DNA of 64,000 bases, taken from an uncultured Candidatus Saccharibacteria bacterium. Lineage in GTDB: Bacteria; Patescibacteriota; Minisyncoccia; Phycocordibacterales; DSPV01. The stretch lies in assembly GCA_964574355.1 (NCBI GenBank), contig CAZNMD010000001.1:26180-90179 (forward strand), in the 5' to 3' direction. Position 1 is the first letter of the stretch, and each line of letters opens with the position of its first letter. The notes beneath the pieces were generated by a model that searched no databases, had not been told where the DNA came from, and saw nothing but the letters and a program-made list of their open reading frames with translations. This document shows positions 9,478 through 18,628 of this stretch, piece after piece. A program made the position numbers and the translations under genes.

Positions 9478-10701
9478 ATGCACAACTCAGATATTAAGGG
9501 TGTTCTTTCATTTATTGAAAAGAATATTGAATATCCAGACTTTACTCAAATAACAGGCGCTTCTACCAACCCCGAAATCATTGTTAAAGATCAAAAGAAA
9601 CTGATTTTTTGCTCAAATAACTATTTGGGTATTGCAACTGATCCGCGCACCAAAGAAGTGATGCACCAAGCGGTTGATACCTATGGTATGGGATCAGGCG
9701 GCTCTAGATTAGTCTCTGGAAGTACCGACGTACAAGCTCTGCTAGAGGCTAAAATTGCCTTATTTAAAGGGCAACCGGCGGCAATTACGTTTTCAACAGG
9801 TTATATGGCGAATACCGGTATTATTCCTGCCCTCATGCAGCCTCCGGGTAGTTCAACCTTAAATTACCTTAAGAATTTAACTATTTTGAGAGATAAGGCT
9901 GCAATTATCAGTGATGAGTTAAATCATGCAAGTATTGTTGATGGTATTCGACTTTCAAAAGCTGAAAAGTTTATTTACCCTCACCGTGATATGGAAAAAT
10001 TAGAGCAACTTCTCGATAAGGTTAAAAAATACAAATACAAAATGGTAGTGACTGATGGAGTATTTAGTATGGATGGTGACATCGCACCTCTTCCGGAAAT
10101 AATAAATCTAGCTCGAGCATACGACGCTACCGTTATGGTTGATGATGCACACGCAACAGGAATTATCGGAAAAACAGGTAGAGGGACCTCTGAACATTTT
10201 GAATTAAAAGATGAACCTGATGTGACAATGGGCACATTCACAAAAGTTTTTGGTGGGGTAGGTGGGTATGTGGTTGGCTCTGAAGAGCTAATCAGGTATT
10301 TAAGAGTAACCGCAAGGTCATACATATTTTCTGCACCAATCCCACCTGTCATTGCCGCAGGACTCGTGAAATCAATTGATATTGTTCAAAATGAGCCATC
10401 GTTAAGGCTCCGTTTATGGGAAAATGTTACATATCTGAAAAATTTACTGCTTGAATATGGTTTTAACACTCTTGGCAGCGAAACTCAGATAATGCCGATT
10501 TTTATTGGTGATGAAAAAAAAGCTATCGCTGTTTCGAGGCGGTTACTGGAACTTGGTTTTTATATTGCTTGTGTACGTTGGCCGGCAGTCTCTAAAGGAC
10601 AGAGCCGACTTCGTCTTACCTTAATGGCTCACCATACCAAAAAACAGATTGATTCACTTATTCATGCTCTTGTGCGAGTAAAAAACGAATACTCTTTTTA
10701 A
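9478..10701 (+). CDS. PLP-dependent acyl-CoA:amino-acid C-acyltransferase of the AONS/BioF/Kbl/CqsA family (class II aminotransferase fold)
   Basis: GSGGSRLVSGST motif, PLP-lysine motif GTFTKVFGGVGGYV, and VDDAHATG. Overall it is collinear with 8-amino-7-oxononanoate synthase-like enzymes. Confidence 0.85.
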   Translation: MHNSDIKGVLSFIEKNIEYPDFTQITGASTNPEIIVKDQKKLIFCSNNYLGIATDPRTKEVMHQAVDTYGMGSGGSRLVSGSTDVQALLEAKIALFKGQPAAITFSTGYMANTGIIPALMQPPGSSTLNYLKNLTILRDKAAIISDELNHASIVDGIRLSKAEKFIYPHRDMEKLEQLLDKVKKYKYKMVVTDGVFSMDGDIAPLPEIINLARAYDATVMVDDAHATGIIGKTGRGTSEHFELKDEPDVTMGTFTKVFGGVGGYVVGSEELIRYLRVTARSYIFSAPIPPVIAAGLVKSIDIVQNEPSLRLRLWENVTYLKNLLLEYGFNTLGSETQIMPIFIGDEKKAIAVSRRLLELGFYIACVRWPAVSKGQSRLRLTLMAHHTKKQIDSLIHALVRVKNEYSF

Positions 10702-10706
10702 TCAAC

Positions 10707-11732
10707 ATGAAATACAGTGATCTTTTTAAAAAGTATCTCGCAATAAAAAAAAGTACAGGTGCAGTGTTTTACGATTCACATGTTCACCCGTTTGAAGTAT
10801 TTGGGTTAAAAAAAGAAGGTAAAGAAATAGAATTACCGGTAAACTCATCCACTTTTTCTCCAACTCTTTTAGAAAAACTTAAATTTAATGACGTTTCTTT
10901 ACTTATACTTCAAGGATTATTTCGATTTTTTCCGAAATATATACGAGGAGAAATTCGAAAAAGCTATCGACCATCTGGAGATAAAATATTACAAACATTA
11001 CTTTCGAATGCTGGTATAGACAAAGCAACACTCGTACCCATTTATCCAGAGGCGTCACCCCATGATATTTATAAAGTATTTACTGATAAGACAGCTATAA
11101 GGCTGGGCTCAGTAAATTTTTCATTATCGGAAACAGAACTTATACGAGATCTTGAAAACCAACTAAGTACCTATAAGATTCGAGGAATAAAACTGCATTC
11201 AAATATTCAGTCTTTTTACCCCAATCCAAGCGAGAATGAAGAACTTCTTGCTTTAAAATTACGCGCCACGTACAACTATGCCGAAAAAAACGGACTCTAT
11301 CTCTTATTTCATGGTGGAAGATCGTTTATTCCCGAAAACAGTATTTTTCAAAAAAAAGAATTTGCATTACCTAAACACTTTATTACTGCATTAAAAGAAT
11401 CGTTGAATACAATTAGGGTACCCATTATCATTGCACATTTGGGAGTTTATAACATTCCTAGTCCCCACATAGATGACCTGCGGCCACTTATAGAACATGA
11501 TAATGTGTATTTTGACACCGCAGGTGTAAACCCAAAACATGCTGTCAATTTTTTGAAGTTATATGGCTCAAAACGCTTGATCTTTGGCTCTGATGCTCAA
11601 TATTTTAATTGCAAGCATGCGGTAGTACTGCTTCTTGGAGCACTGAATAAATTTAATCCTAGTGATTTTGAAGAAAACGTCTTAAATGTTTTTAGCACCA
11701 CATATGAACATCTCATTTTAAAGACCAGCTAG
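10707..11732 (+). CDS. Amidohydrolase-2 family (TIM-barrel metal-dependent hydrolase)
   Basis: N-terminal DSHVH metal-binding motif, internal conserved His residues (IKLH, HGG, IIAHLG), and C-terminal FGSDA typical of PF04909-like enzymes. Confidence 0.6.
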   Translation: MKYSDLFKKYLAIKKSTGAVFYDSHVHPFEVFGLKKEGKEIELPVNSSTFSPTLLEKLKFNDVSLLILQGLFRFFPKYIRGEIRKSYRPSGDKILQTLLSNAGIDKATLVPIYPEASPHDIYKVFTDKTAIRLGSVNFSLSETELIRDLENQLSTYKIRGIKLHSNIQSFYPNPSENEELLALKLRATYNYAEKNGLYLLFHGGRSFIPENSIFQKKEFALPKHFITALKESLNTIRVPIIIAHLGVYNIPSPHIDDLRPLIEHDNVYFDTAGVNPKHAVNFLKLYGSKRLIFGSDAQYFNCKHAVVLLLGALNKFNPSDFEENVLNVFSTTYEHLILKTS

Positions 11733-11735
11733 CAT

Positions 11736-13322
11736 ATGCAATATATAATCCTTTTTTTTAGTCTCATAAATTTACTACTGGGTATTATTGTATTAATGCA
11801 TAGTAAACATGAACGAGACAAAGTATCTTTTCTTGCGTTTGCTCTCGTTGCAAGTTTTTGGACTTTTAATAATTTTTTACTCCGACTTAGTCCTGACGTA
11901 GCAACAATTAGAATTTCTTATGGTCTTGGACTTACAGTAGCAACATTCGGACTTATTTGGACATTCTTTTTTCTTAAGAAGAACTTACCGAAACTGGTTA
12001 AATTTGTCATTGTTCCTATTTCGGCACTCTTCTTCTTTATCACTCTCTTTAGCGATACGATCGTCTTAAGTCTCCGATCAGTTGAAACACTTGGGTATGA
12101 GGGTTCATTAGGATCACTTTTTTACCTGTATTCCTTCTATATTTCGCTTGTTTTTCTTTCAATTATTGGTGTTTTGTTTAATGAATATCGAACAACAAAC
12201 GATACCGAAAAGAAAAAACAAGTCGGAACAATTCTCGCAGGAGCTCTATTTTTTACTGCAGTGTCATCAATTGTTAGTTTTGTTATCCCAATCTTTTTTC
12301 AAACGTTACGATTTACAATACTAGACAATTTCAGCTTCTCTATTTTTCTTGGATCAATCGTGTACACAATCCTTAGACACAGATTTTTGGATATAAAAAT
12401 CGCAGTTACTGAAATCTTCACATTTCTCCTTTGGGGACTACTTCTCATGCGCGTTATTTTATGGACAGATCTTAACGATTTTCTTGTTGGTTGTGTAATA
12501 TTAATTTCTAGTGTTATCTTTGGAATCTTTTTAATTAGAAGTGTGCTAAGTGAAATTTCTCAACGAGAACATATTGAAAAACTTGCCGGAGAACTCTCTA
12601 AAGCTAATACGCGACTCAAAGAAATTGATAAACAAAAATCGGAATTCGTCTCCTTTGCCAGCCATCAATTACGCTCACCTCTCACGGCCATAAAGGGTTA
12701 TGCATCAATGATTCTTGAAGGTGATTTTGGTGCCGTTACTGACGGTCTCAAAGACGCCGTCGAGAAAATTTTTGAATCATCAAAAACACTTGCGAATGTG
12801 GTTGATGACTACCTCAATATTTCTCGTATTGAACTTGGAACAATGAAATATAATTTCATACCGCTTGATTTACGAGAGCTTACAGAAAATGTCATTGGCG
12901 AATTAAAACCAAACTTTGAAAAAGCTGGCGTAACGCTTTCTTTTGCTTGCGACACATCACAGACGTATCGAGTAAATGCTGACCCAGATAAACTAAAACA
13001 AGTTATTGCCAACATCATTGATAACTCGATGAAATACTCACCTAAAGGTGCTTCAAAAATTAGTGTTTCGCGAGATGATACTCGAAAAATTGCCCGTTTT
13101 GAGATCAGCGATAACGGAATTGGAATGTCTTCCGTTACACTCGCAAAACTCTTCAACAAATTCACACGAGCTGATAATGCCAATCAGACAAATATTCGTG
13201 GAACCGGTCTTGGCCTCTATGTTGCGAGAGATATTATTGGCGCTCATAAAGGTAAAATTTGGGCAGAATCAGATGGTGAAGGGAAGGGTTCAAAATTTAT
13301 TTTTGAGTTAGCTCTTATATAA
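11736..13322 (+). CDS. Sensor histidine kinase, paralog of 7770-9437 with multi-pass membrane domain
   Basis: About 8 TM helices, a shared AxEIFTF motif, an H-box ASHQLRSPLTAIKGY, and an HATPase_c domain (GTGLGLYVARDII). No receiver domain. Confidence 0.85.
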   Translation: MQYIILFFSLINLLLGIIVLMHSKHERDKVSFLAFALVASFWTFNNFLLRLSPDVATIRISYGLGLTVATFGLIWTFFFLKKNLPKLVKFVIVPISALFFFITLFSDTIVLSLRSVETLGYEGSLGSLFYLYSFYISLVFLSIIGVLFNEYRTTNDTEKKKQVGTILAGALFFTAVSSIVSFVIPIFFQTLRFTILDNFSFSIFLGSIVYTILRHRFLDIKIAVTEIFTFLLWGLLLMRVILWTDLNDFLVGCVILISSVIFGIFLIRSVLSEISQREHIEKLAGELSKANTRLKEIDKQKSEFVSFASHQLRSPLTAIKGYASMILEGDFGAVTDGLKDAVEKIFESSKTLANVVDDYLNISRIELGTMKYNFIPLDLRELTENVIGELKPNFEKAGVTLSFACDTSQTYRVNADPDKLKQVIANIIDNSMKYSPKGASKISVSRDDTRKIARFEISDNGIGMSSVTLAKLFNKFTRADNANQTNIRGTGLGLYVARDIIGAHKGKIWAESDGEGKGSKFIFELALI

Positions 13323-13324
13323 AT

Positions 13325-13774
13325 ATGCCGAAAGATTTTTCATATGGTGTAATTCCCGTATACAAAGGAGAAGGCGGGGTCGTTTCTGTACTCATTGTTG
13401 CCAAGGGAAAAAAGGATGGGGAAAAATGGTGGGGTTTTCCAAAAGGACACCCAGAATCGACAGATAAAACGATACGAGAAAGCGCCTTACGGGAATTCAA
13501 AGAAGAAACTGGTCTTATTCCTACCTTTTTGGGTGAAAAAGAATACTTTGATCACTACATCATTGAACGTAACGGAGAGTTAAAAGATAAAACGGTCACT
13601 TATTTTGTGGGCATCGTAGACACAACAGAAGTAACCATTGATAAAGAAGAACTTGATGAATACCGGTGGGTACCAAGCAACCTTGTCGATCATTTTCTTA
13701 CTCGAGACTCAACAAAATCTATGTACTACCAAGCAGAACATGAAGTAGAAAATATCGGTATAAAAACCACTTAG
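13325..13774 (+). CDS. NUDIX hydrolase
   Basis: Nudix box GFPKGHPESTDKTIRESALREFKEETGL (GX5EX7REUXEEXGU). Confidence 0.8.
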   Translation: MPKDFSYGVIPVYKGEGGVVSVLIVAKGKKDGEKWWGFPKGHPESTDKTIRESALREFKEETGLIPTFLGEKEYFDHYIIERNGELKDKTVTYFVGIVDTTEVTIDKEELDEYRWVPSNLVDHFLTRDSTKSMYYQAEHEVENIGIKTT

Positions 13775-13776
13775 CC

Positions 13777-15168
13777 TTAGTCTAATTTGCCGTGAAGATA
13801 CGAGGAAATTTCAGAAATTTTTATTCGTTCTTGTTTCATTGAATCACGGTCGCGAATTGTCACACACTCATCTTTTTCAACAGTATCAAAATCAACTACC
13901 ACACAAAAAGGAGTACCTATCTCATCTTGTCGACGATATCGTTTACCAATGTTTCCATTGTCGTCATACATCACTCGACCAAACTCTTTTTTCAATGCTT
14001 TAAAAATAGCTTCAGCTTTCTCAACCAAAACAGGTTTATTACGAAGAAGTGGAGAAACAGCAACTAGTACAGGAGCTACTTTTGGTGAAAAGCGCATAAC
14101 GACACGTTCATCACCTTCTTTTACAACCTCTTTTGTATAAGCACTCGAAAGAACCGCCAGAAGAGTTCTATCTAAACCGAATGAAGGCTCGATACAATGA
14201 GGAATAAACCGTTCCTTGGTATCTTCGTCCAAATAAGACAAATCCATGCCGCTATCGCGTCCGTGGGCGCTTAAATCGTAATCTGTACGATAAGCAAGAC
14301 CATACAACTCTTTGCGACCAAAAGGGAAGTCGAATTCAAAATCAATAGTACGTTTACTATAAAATGCACGGTCAGCATCAGAAATTTCGTTCTCATGAAC
14401 GTTATTTTTTTGTATACCGACATCAGCATTAAACGCATGAACTTCTTTTACAAAATCATTGAACACTCTTTCCCACTCTTTTGGATTTACAAAATATTCA
14501 ATTTCCATCTGCTCAAACTCACGCGATCGAAATGTAAAATCACGTGGAGCAATTTCATTTCGAAAAGCTTTACCAATTTGAGCCAAACCAAAAGGAAGTT
14601 TCGGATGAAGGGAATCCATCACATTTTTGAAATTCACAAACATTCCTTGGGCAGTTTCAGGTCGAAGATACGAAATTGATGTTTCATCTTGCATCGCTCC
14701 AACATGTGTTTTAAACATCATGTTAAATTGACGAACCTCACCAAGCAGATTACCTTCAGGACTTTTAATCCCCTTTTCTTTAATAATTTTTGCCATATCC
14801 TCAAGCTTCATTCCCCGAACATCAATTCCAGCATCTTCAAGAAGGTGGTCTGCGCGATACCGCTTACCAGTTTTCATATCATTAACAAGAGGGTCAGCAA
14901 ACCCACCAACATGTCCTGTTGCTACCCACACCTTCGGATTCATTAAAATAGACGCATCCACGCCGTACATATCGTCACGATCAAGCACAAACCGTTTCCA
15001 CCACAATCGACGTATATTTTCTTTTAAAGAAACACCGAGGGGACCATAATCCCATGTTCCAGCTAAACCACCATAAATTTCAGAGCCTTGAAAAATAAAA
15101 CCTCGACGCTTGCATAATGAAACAAGCTCTTCCATTACCTGATTTTTTTCTTCGGTTTTCTTTGCCAT
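13777..15168 (-). CDS. glyQS: Glycine--tRNA ligase (dimeric GlyQS type)
   Basis: N-terminus …RRGFIFQGSEIYGGLAGTWDYGPLG and class II motifs are those of the dimeric GlyRS. Confidence 0.95.
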   Translation of the reverse strand: MAKKTEEKNQVMEELVSLCKRRGFIFQGSEIYGGLAGTWDYGPLGVSLKENIRRLWWKRFVLDRDDMYGVDASILMNPKVWVATGHVGGFADPLVNDMKTGKRYRADHLLEDAGIDVRGMKLEDMAKIIKEKGIKSPEGNLLGEVRQFNMMFKTHVGAMQDETSISYLRPETAQGMFVNFKNVMDSLHPKLPFGLAQIGKAFRNEIAPRDFTFRSREFEQMEIEYFVNPKEWERVFNDFVKEVHAFNADVGIQKNNVHENEISDADRAFYSKRTIDFEFDFPFGRKELYGLAYRTDYDLSAHGRDSGMDLSYLDEDTKERFIPHCIEPSFGLDRTLLAVLSSAYTKEVVKEGDERVVMRFSPKVAPVLVAVSPLLRNKPVLVEKAEAIFKALKKEFGRVMYDDNGNIGKRYRRQDEIGTPFCVVVDFDTVEKDECVTIRDRDSMKQERIKISEISSYLHGKLD

Positions 15169-15462
15169 ATATCGTGATACGTTATGGCGTAATACTATAT
15201 GAAAATACGTTTTTTGTCCCAGTCCTTTTACAGTCCTTACCTATAAACTTCTCAGACAAAAATCCCAGCACCGAGGTCATACGGGCTCGTGCTTCGCACA
15301 TACCGAAGGATGCGCTATTCGCGCCCGCACTCGCCCTGGGCTGGTACGGGATTAGTATTTGCACTTCGCAGTTTCTGCTTGCAGAGAAACGTGCGAGCAA
15401 ATACTAAAAAAATAAGGCCGCCACCTACTTTGCTCACGCAAAACAAGTATTGGCCCATAAAC

Positions 15463-15720
15463 CTACTCGCCGTTACCTGAAGGAAGATTCCGCATCTTTC
15501 CCAAAAGGCGACGAAGTTCTTCACCATGAAAATCTCTGACAAGGTCACTGCCACCCGGACATGAAACCAAACCGTCTCTGACAGGATCCATGTGACAAGA
15601 CCTTTTCCCAACACAAGAATCTCCTCGTAAACGAAACACCGTGAGGACGTCATTGGTTGGTGGCACAGGTCTGCCGCATTTTGTACAAAGCGGCAAAATA
15701 TAGCCTGGTTCTTTTTGCAT
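15463..15720 (-). CDS. Hypothetical small Cys4 (zinc-ribbon-like) protein; uncertain
   Basis: 85 aa with CTKCGRP…CVGKRSC. An AGGA RBS lies 5 nt upstream of the ATG. It lies in a GC-rich, possibly RNA-structured spacer. Confidence 0.3.
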   Translation of the reverse strand: MQKEPGYILPLCTKCGRPVPPTNDVLTVFRLRGDSCVGKRSCHMDPVRDGLVSCPGGSDLVRDFHGEELRRLLGKMRNLPSGNGE

Positions 15721-15861
15721 AACAATCCTTTTTGTTTAGTTGTTCTGTTCACAATGAGCAGTACGTTTGAACTTTTAAAAGTCCATCCAACTTTACAATA
15801 CTCTTTTGGTCAAAAAGTACAAAGGAAAAGCTGCTTTAACTGAAAGCATATTTTTGATACG

Positions 15862-16821
15862 ATGGAGAGTATGATTCAAAAGAAAATTCTCCTTTCTGGT
15901 GTAAAGCCGACAGGATTGCCACACATCGGCAATTATTTTGGCGCGATGAAACAATTTGTCGATTTGCAAGATGAATACCAGTGTTACTACATGATTGCCG
16001 ACTATCACGCCCTAAACCTCATACAACGCCCAAAAGAAATGCGAGAACTTACTGAAAGTCTTATTCTTGATTATCTCGCCATTGGTCTTGATCCAAAAAA
16101 AGTAATAATTTTTAAGCAATCTGCTGTTTCAGCTCACACAGAATTGGCTTGGATTTTTGACACAATTACCACCATGCCATATTTAATGCGCGCACACGCC
16201 TTTAAAGATGCAGAGGCAAAGGATAAAGAAATTAGTGTTGGAACATTCAACTACCCAATGCTTATGGCCGCCGATATCCTTTTATATGACGCCGATGTTG
16301 TACCCGTAGGACAGGACCAAAAACAGCATATCGAATACACACGCGACACGGCAGAAAAATTCAATCGCCTATTTGGTGAGACGTTTAAATTACCCAATCC
16401 AATTATCTACGAACACGTTGCGACTGTACCTGGAACTGATGGTAAAAAGATGAGTAAAAGTTATGGCAATACGATTCCGTTATTCGCCGATAAAGACGAA
16501 ATCGCAAAACTTGTTATGAGTATCGTGACCGACTCAGCTGCCGGTGTTCCAACAAATGTCTATGCCATCCATTCACTACTTAAAGACAAAGCTTCACTCG
16601 ACGCCCTCTATGAGGAGAAAAAAGGGAAGTATAAAGATCTGAAAGACGCTCTCATCAGTGACCTTGAAACCTTTATTGCACCACTTCGGGCTCGTCGTGC
16701 TGAACTTACAAAAGACAAGACTTATATTCAGGCGGTCCTTTCCGAAGGATCAGCAACTGCTCGTGAAATTACCGAAGCTAAAATGAAAGTGGTTCGTGAA
16801 AAAATTGGAGTAAGCAACTAA
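15862..16821 (+). CDS. trpS: Tryptophan--tRNA ligase
   Basis: Class I motifs GVKPTGLPHIGNYFG (HIGH-like) and KMSKS. Confidence 0.95.
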   Translation: MESMIQKKILLSGVKPTGLPHIGNYFGAMKQFVDLQDEYQCYYMIADYHALNLIQRPKEMRELTESLILDYLAIGLDPKKVIIFKQSAVSAHTELAWIFDTITTMPYLMRAHAFKDAEAKDKEISVGTFNYPMLMAADILLYDADVVPVGQDQKQHIEYTRDTAEKFNRLFGETFKLPNPIIYEHVATVPGTDGKKMSKSYGNTIPLFADKDEIAKLVMSIVTDSAAGVPTNVYAIHSLLKDKASLDALYEEKKGKYKDLKDALISDLETFIAPLRARRAELTKDKTYIQAVLSEGSATAREITEAKMKVVREKIGVSN

Positions 16822-17294
16822 GCCTCTCTCAACAAATTTTCAACATCAAGCGGTTCGGTGACCATCTCAACTTCACCGTCATTTTTAACTTTCCATTGAT
16901 CTTTTGGTCTATCCACGTACAACTCGACACCGATACCATCAGGATCATTTAAATAAATTGCTTCCGATACTCCATGGTCAGCCGCACCACCAAGAGGATA
17001 GTCGGCATCAAGCAAGCGCTTTAAGATTTTTGCTAATTCCTTACGCGTCGGAAAGAGGATTGCAAAATGATATAAGCCGGTACGACCGTGAGGAGGAGGA
17101 AGGGCACCTTTTCCAGACCACGTATTTAAACCGATATGGTGATGGTATCCCCCAGCCGAAAGAAATACCGCACGGTCGTCGTAGCGTGCCGTGACCTCAA
17201 AACCAAGTAAATCGCGATAAAATTCAAGCGATTTATCTAAATCAGACACTGTAAGATGTACATGACCAATGCCAACCTGTGGATGAATACTCAT
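16818..17294 (-). CDS. VOC-family (glyoxalase/bleomycin-resistance/dioxygenase) protein
   Basis: IGHVHLTVSDLDKSLEFYRDLLGFEV is typical of VOC/glyoxalase I-like folds. There is a 4-nt overlap with the trpS stop. Confidence 0.8.
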   Translation of the reverse strand: MSIHPQVGIGHVHLTVSDLDKSLEFYRDLLGFEVTARYDDRAVFLSAGGYHHHIGLNTWSGKGALPPPHGRTGLYHFAILFPTRKELAKILKRLLDADYPLGGAADHGVSEAIYLNDPDGIGVELYVDRPKDQWKVKNDGEVEMVTEPLDVENLLREA

Positions 17295-17411
17295 CTAGTC
17301 ATTTTACACCAGTACACCATTCTTTTGTTCTAGAGTGGCTCAGGTTAGGTTATAATTACGGGGAATCACGTATATCTAAATACGTACCTTTATAAATAAA
17401 CGTTTGTTTTT

Positions 17412-18005
17412 ATGAAAGCAAAGAAATATATAGCTGAGGCGCTCGGAACATTCGCTCTCACCGCCGCTGTTGCATTATCACTCGCGGGAGTATTTCCTGT
17501 ATCAACACCGGTTATTGCAGCACTCGTTCTTGGTTTATTCGTCTACTCACTTGGTCACATCTCTGGCACACACATTAATCCAGCCGTCACAATCGGCGCA
17601 TGGTCTATTGGGAAAATAAAAACTCCTGATGCTTTTGCATACATCGTTTCTCAATTTATTGGTTCTGTCCTTGCCCTTATTCTCGTTAACAGCACCACAA
17701 TCCCAGTCGAAGCTTCGATGATAAATAGCCTTCCTGTGTTTTTTGCAGAAGCTTTTGGTATGGCATTTTTTACCTTTGGAATAGCCTCTGTTGTTTATGG
17801 AAAAACCCCAGCTCCTATGTCAGGATTTGTGGTTGGTGGTTCGCTCCTCCTTGGTATTACATTTGCAGCACTCCTAGGTTCAGATGGTATTCTTAATCCT
17901 GCAGTAGCTCTTGGGGTTGGATCACTTAATCTTGTCTACGCACTAGGACCAATTATTGGATCTATTGTTGGTATGCAAACCTATCGGGCACTCGCGAGCG
18001 AATAA
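17412..18005 (+). CDS. Aquaporin / MIP-family channel
   Basis: Two NPA boxes (SGTHINPAVTIG and GILNPAVALG) and about 6 TM segments. Confidence 0.85.
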   Translation: MKAKKYIAEALGTFALTAAVALSLAGVFPVSTPVIAALVLGLFVYSLGHISGTHINPAVTIGAWSIGKIKTPDAFAYIVSQFIGSVLALILVNSTTIPVEASMINSLPVFFAEAFGMAFFTFGIASVVYGKTPAPMSGFVVGGSLLLGITFAALLGSDGILNPAVALGVGSLNLVYALGPIIGSIVGMQTYRALASE

Positions 18006-18100
18006 GGTTCCATCATGTTTTATTCACGTTTAAACTAGAGAATAGCCACTAAGAGCTATACTGAATAGTAAAAAATTATTTTTATCTAATACTAAAAAAT

Positions 18101-18547
18101 ATGGACGGAGAAACACAGCAACCAATGCGATCAGACGGAAATGGAAAATCATTAATTTTTATTATTGCAATTCTTATTATTTTGGCTGGCGTTGGTTATG
18201 CCATCTGGAGTAATAAGACAAAGCAAGCAGCACCTGTCGAAACAACCCCTCTCACTACGGAAGTTAATTCGAACGCAATTGTGTTCAATATCACTGGAAA
18301 AATGTTCGAATATTCGATTAAGGAGATCAGGGTCAAAAAAGGAGATCTTGTTACCATCAACTTTGAAAGTACCGATGGTCTCCACGATATAGTAAACGAT
18401 GAAATAGGATTTAGAACCGAAGCAGTTAATCCAGGAAAGAAAACTTCTTTAACGTTTCTCGCCGATAAAACAGGAACATTTGAATACTACTGCTCAATTG
18501 GTCAGCATCGCCAAAATGGCATGGTCGGAAAATTAATAATTGAATAG
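18101..18547 (+). CDS. Membrane-anchored cupredoxin (type-1 copper, plastocyanin/azurin-like) domain protein
   Basis: N-terminal TM, then a beta-rich domain with candidate Cu ligands H (GLHD) and C-x4-H-x4-M (YYCSIGQHRQNGM). Confidence 0.65.
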   Translation: MDGETQQPMRSDGNGKSLIFIIAILIILAGVGYAIWSNKTKQAAPVETTPLTTEVNSNAIVFNITGKMFEYSIKEIRVKKGDLVTINFESTDGLHDIVNDEIGFRTEAVNPGKKTSLTFLADKTGTFEYYCSIGQHRQNGMVGKLIIE

Positions 18548-18569
18548 TCACATAAAACAACATAAAAAA

Positions 18570-18600
18570 TTCCGCGAAAGCGGAATTTTTTACAATAGAT
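18570..18600. terminator. Bidirectional Rho-independent terminator (ATTCCGC-gaaa-GCGGAAT flanked by A/T runs)
   Basis: AAAAAATTCCGCGAAAGCGGAATTTTTT. Confidence 0.75.
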
Positions 18601-18628
18601 AAATCAAAATGTTATACTGGCTTAACGT

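Noticed and set aside
15540-15600. RNase P RNA P4-like GUCCGGGU on the minus strand
   Set aside because: Only 7 of 8 nt match the P4 5' strand. The partner ACAGAACCCGGC strand and the other conserved regions were not found.
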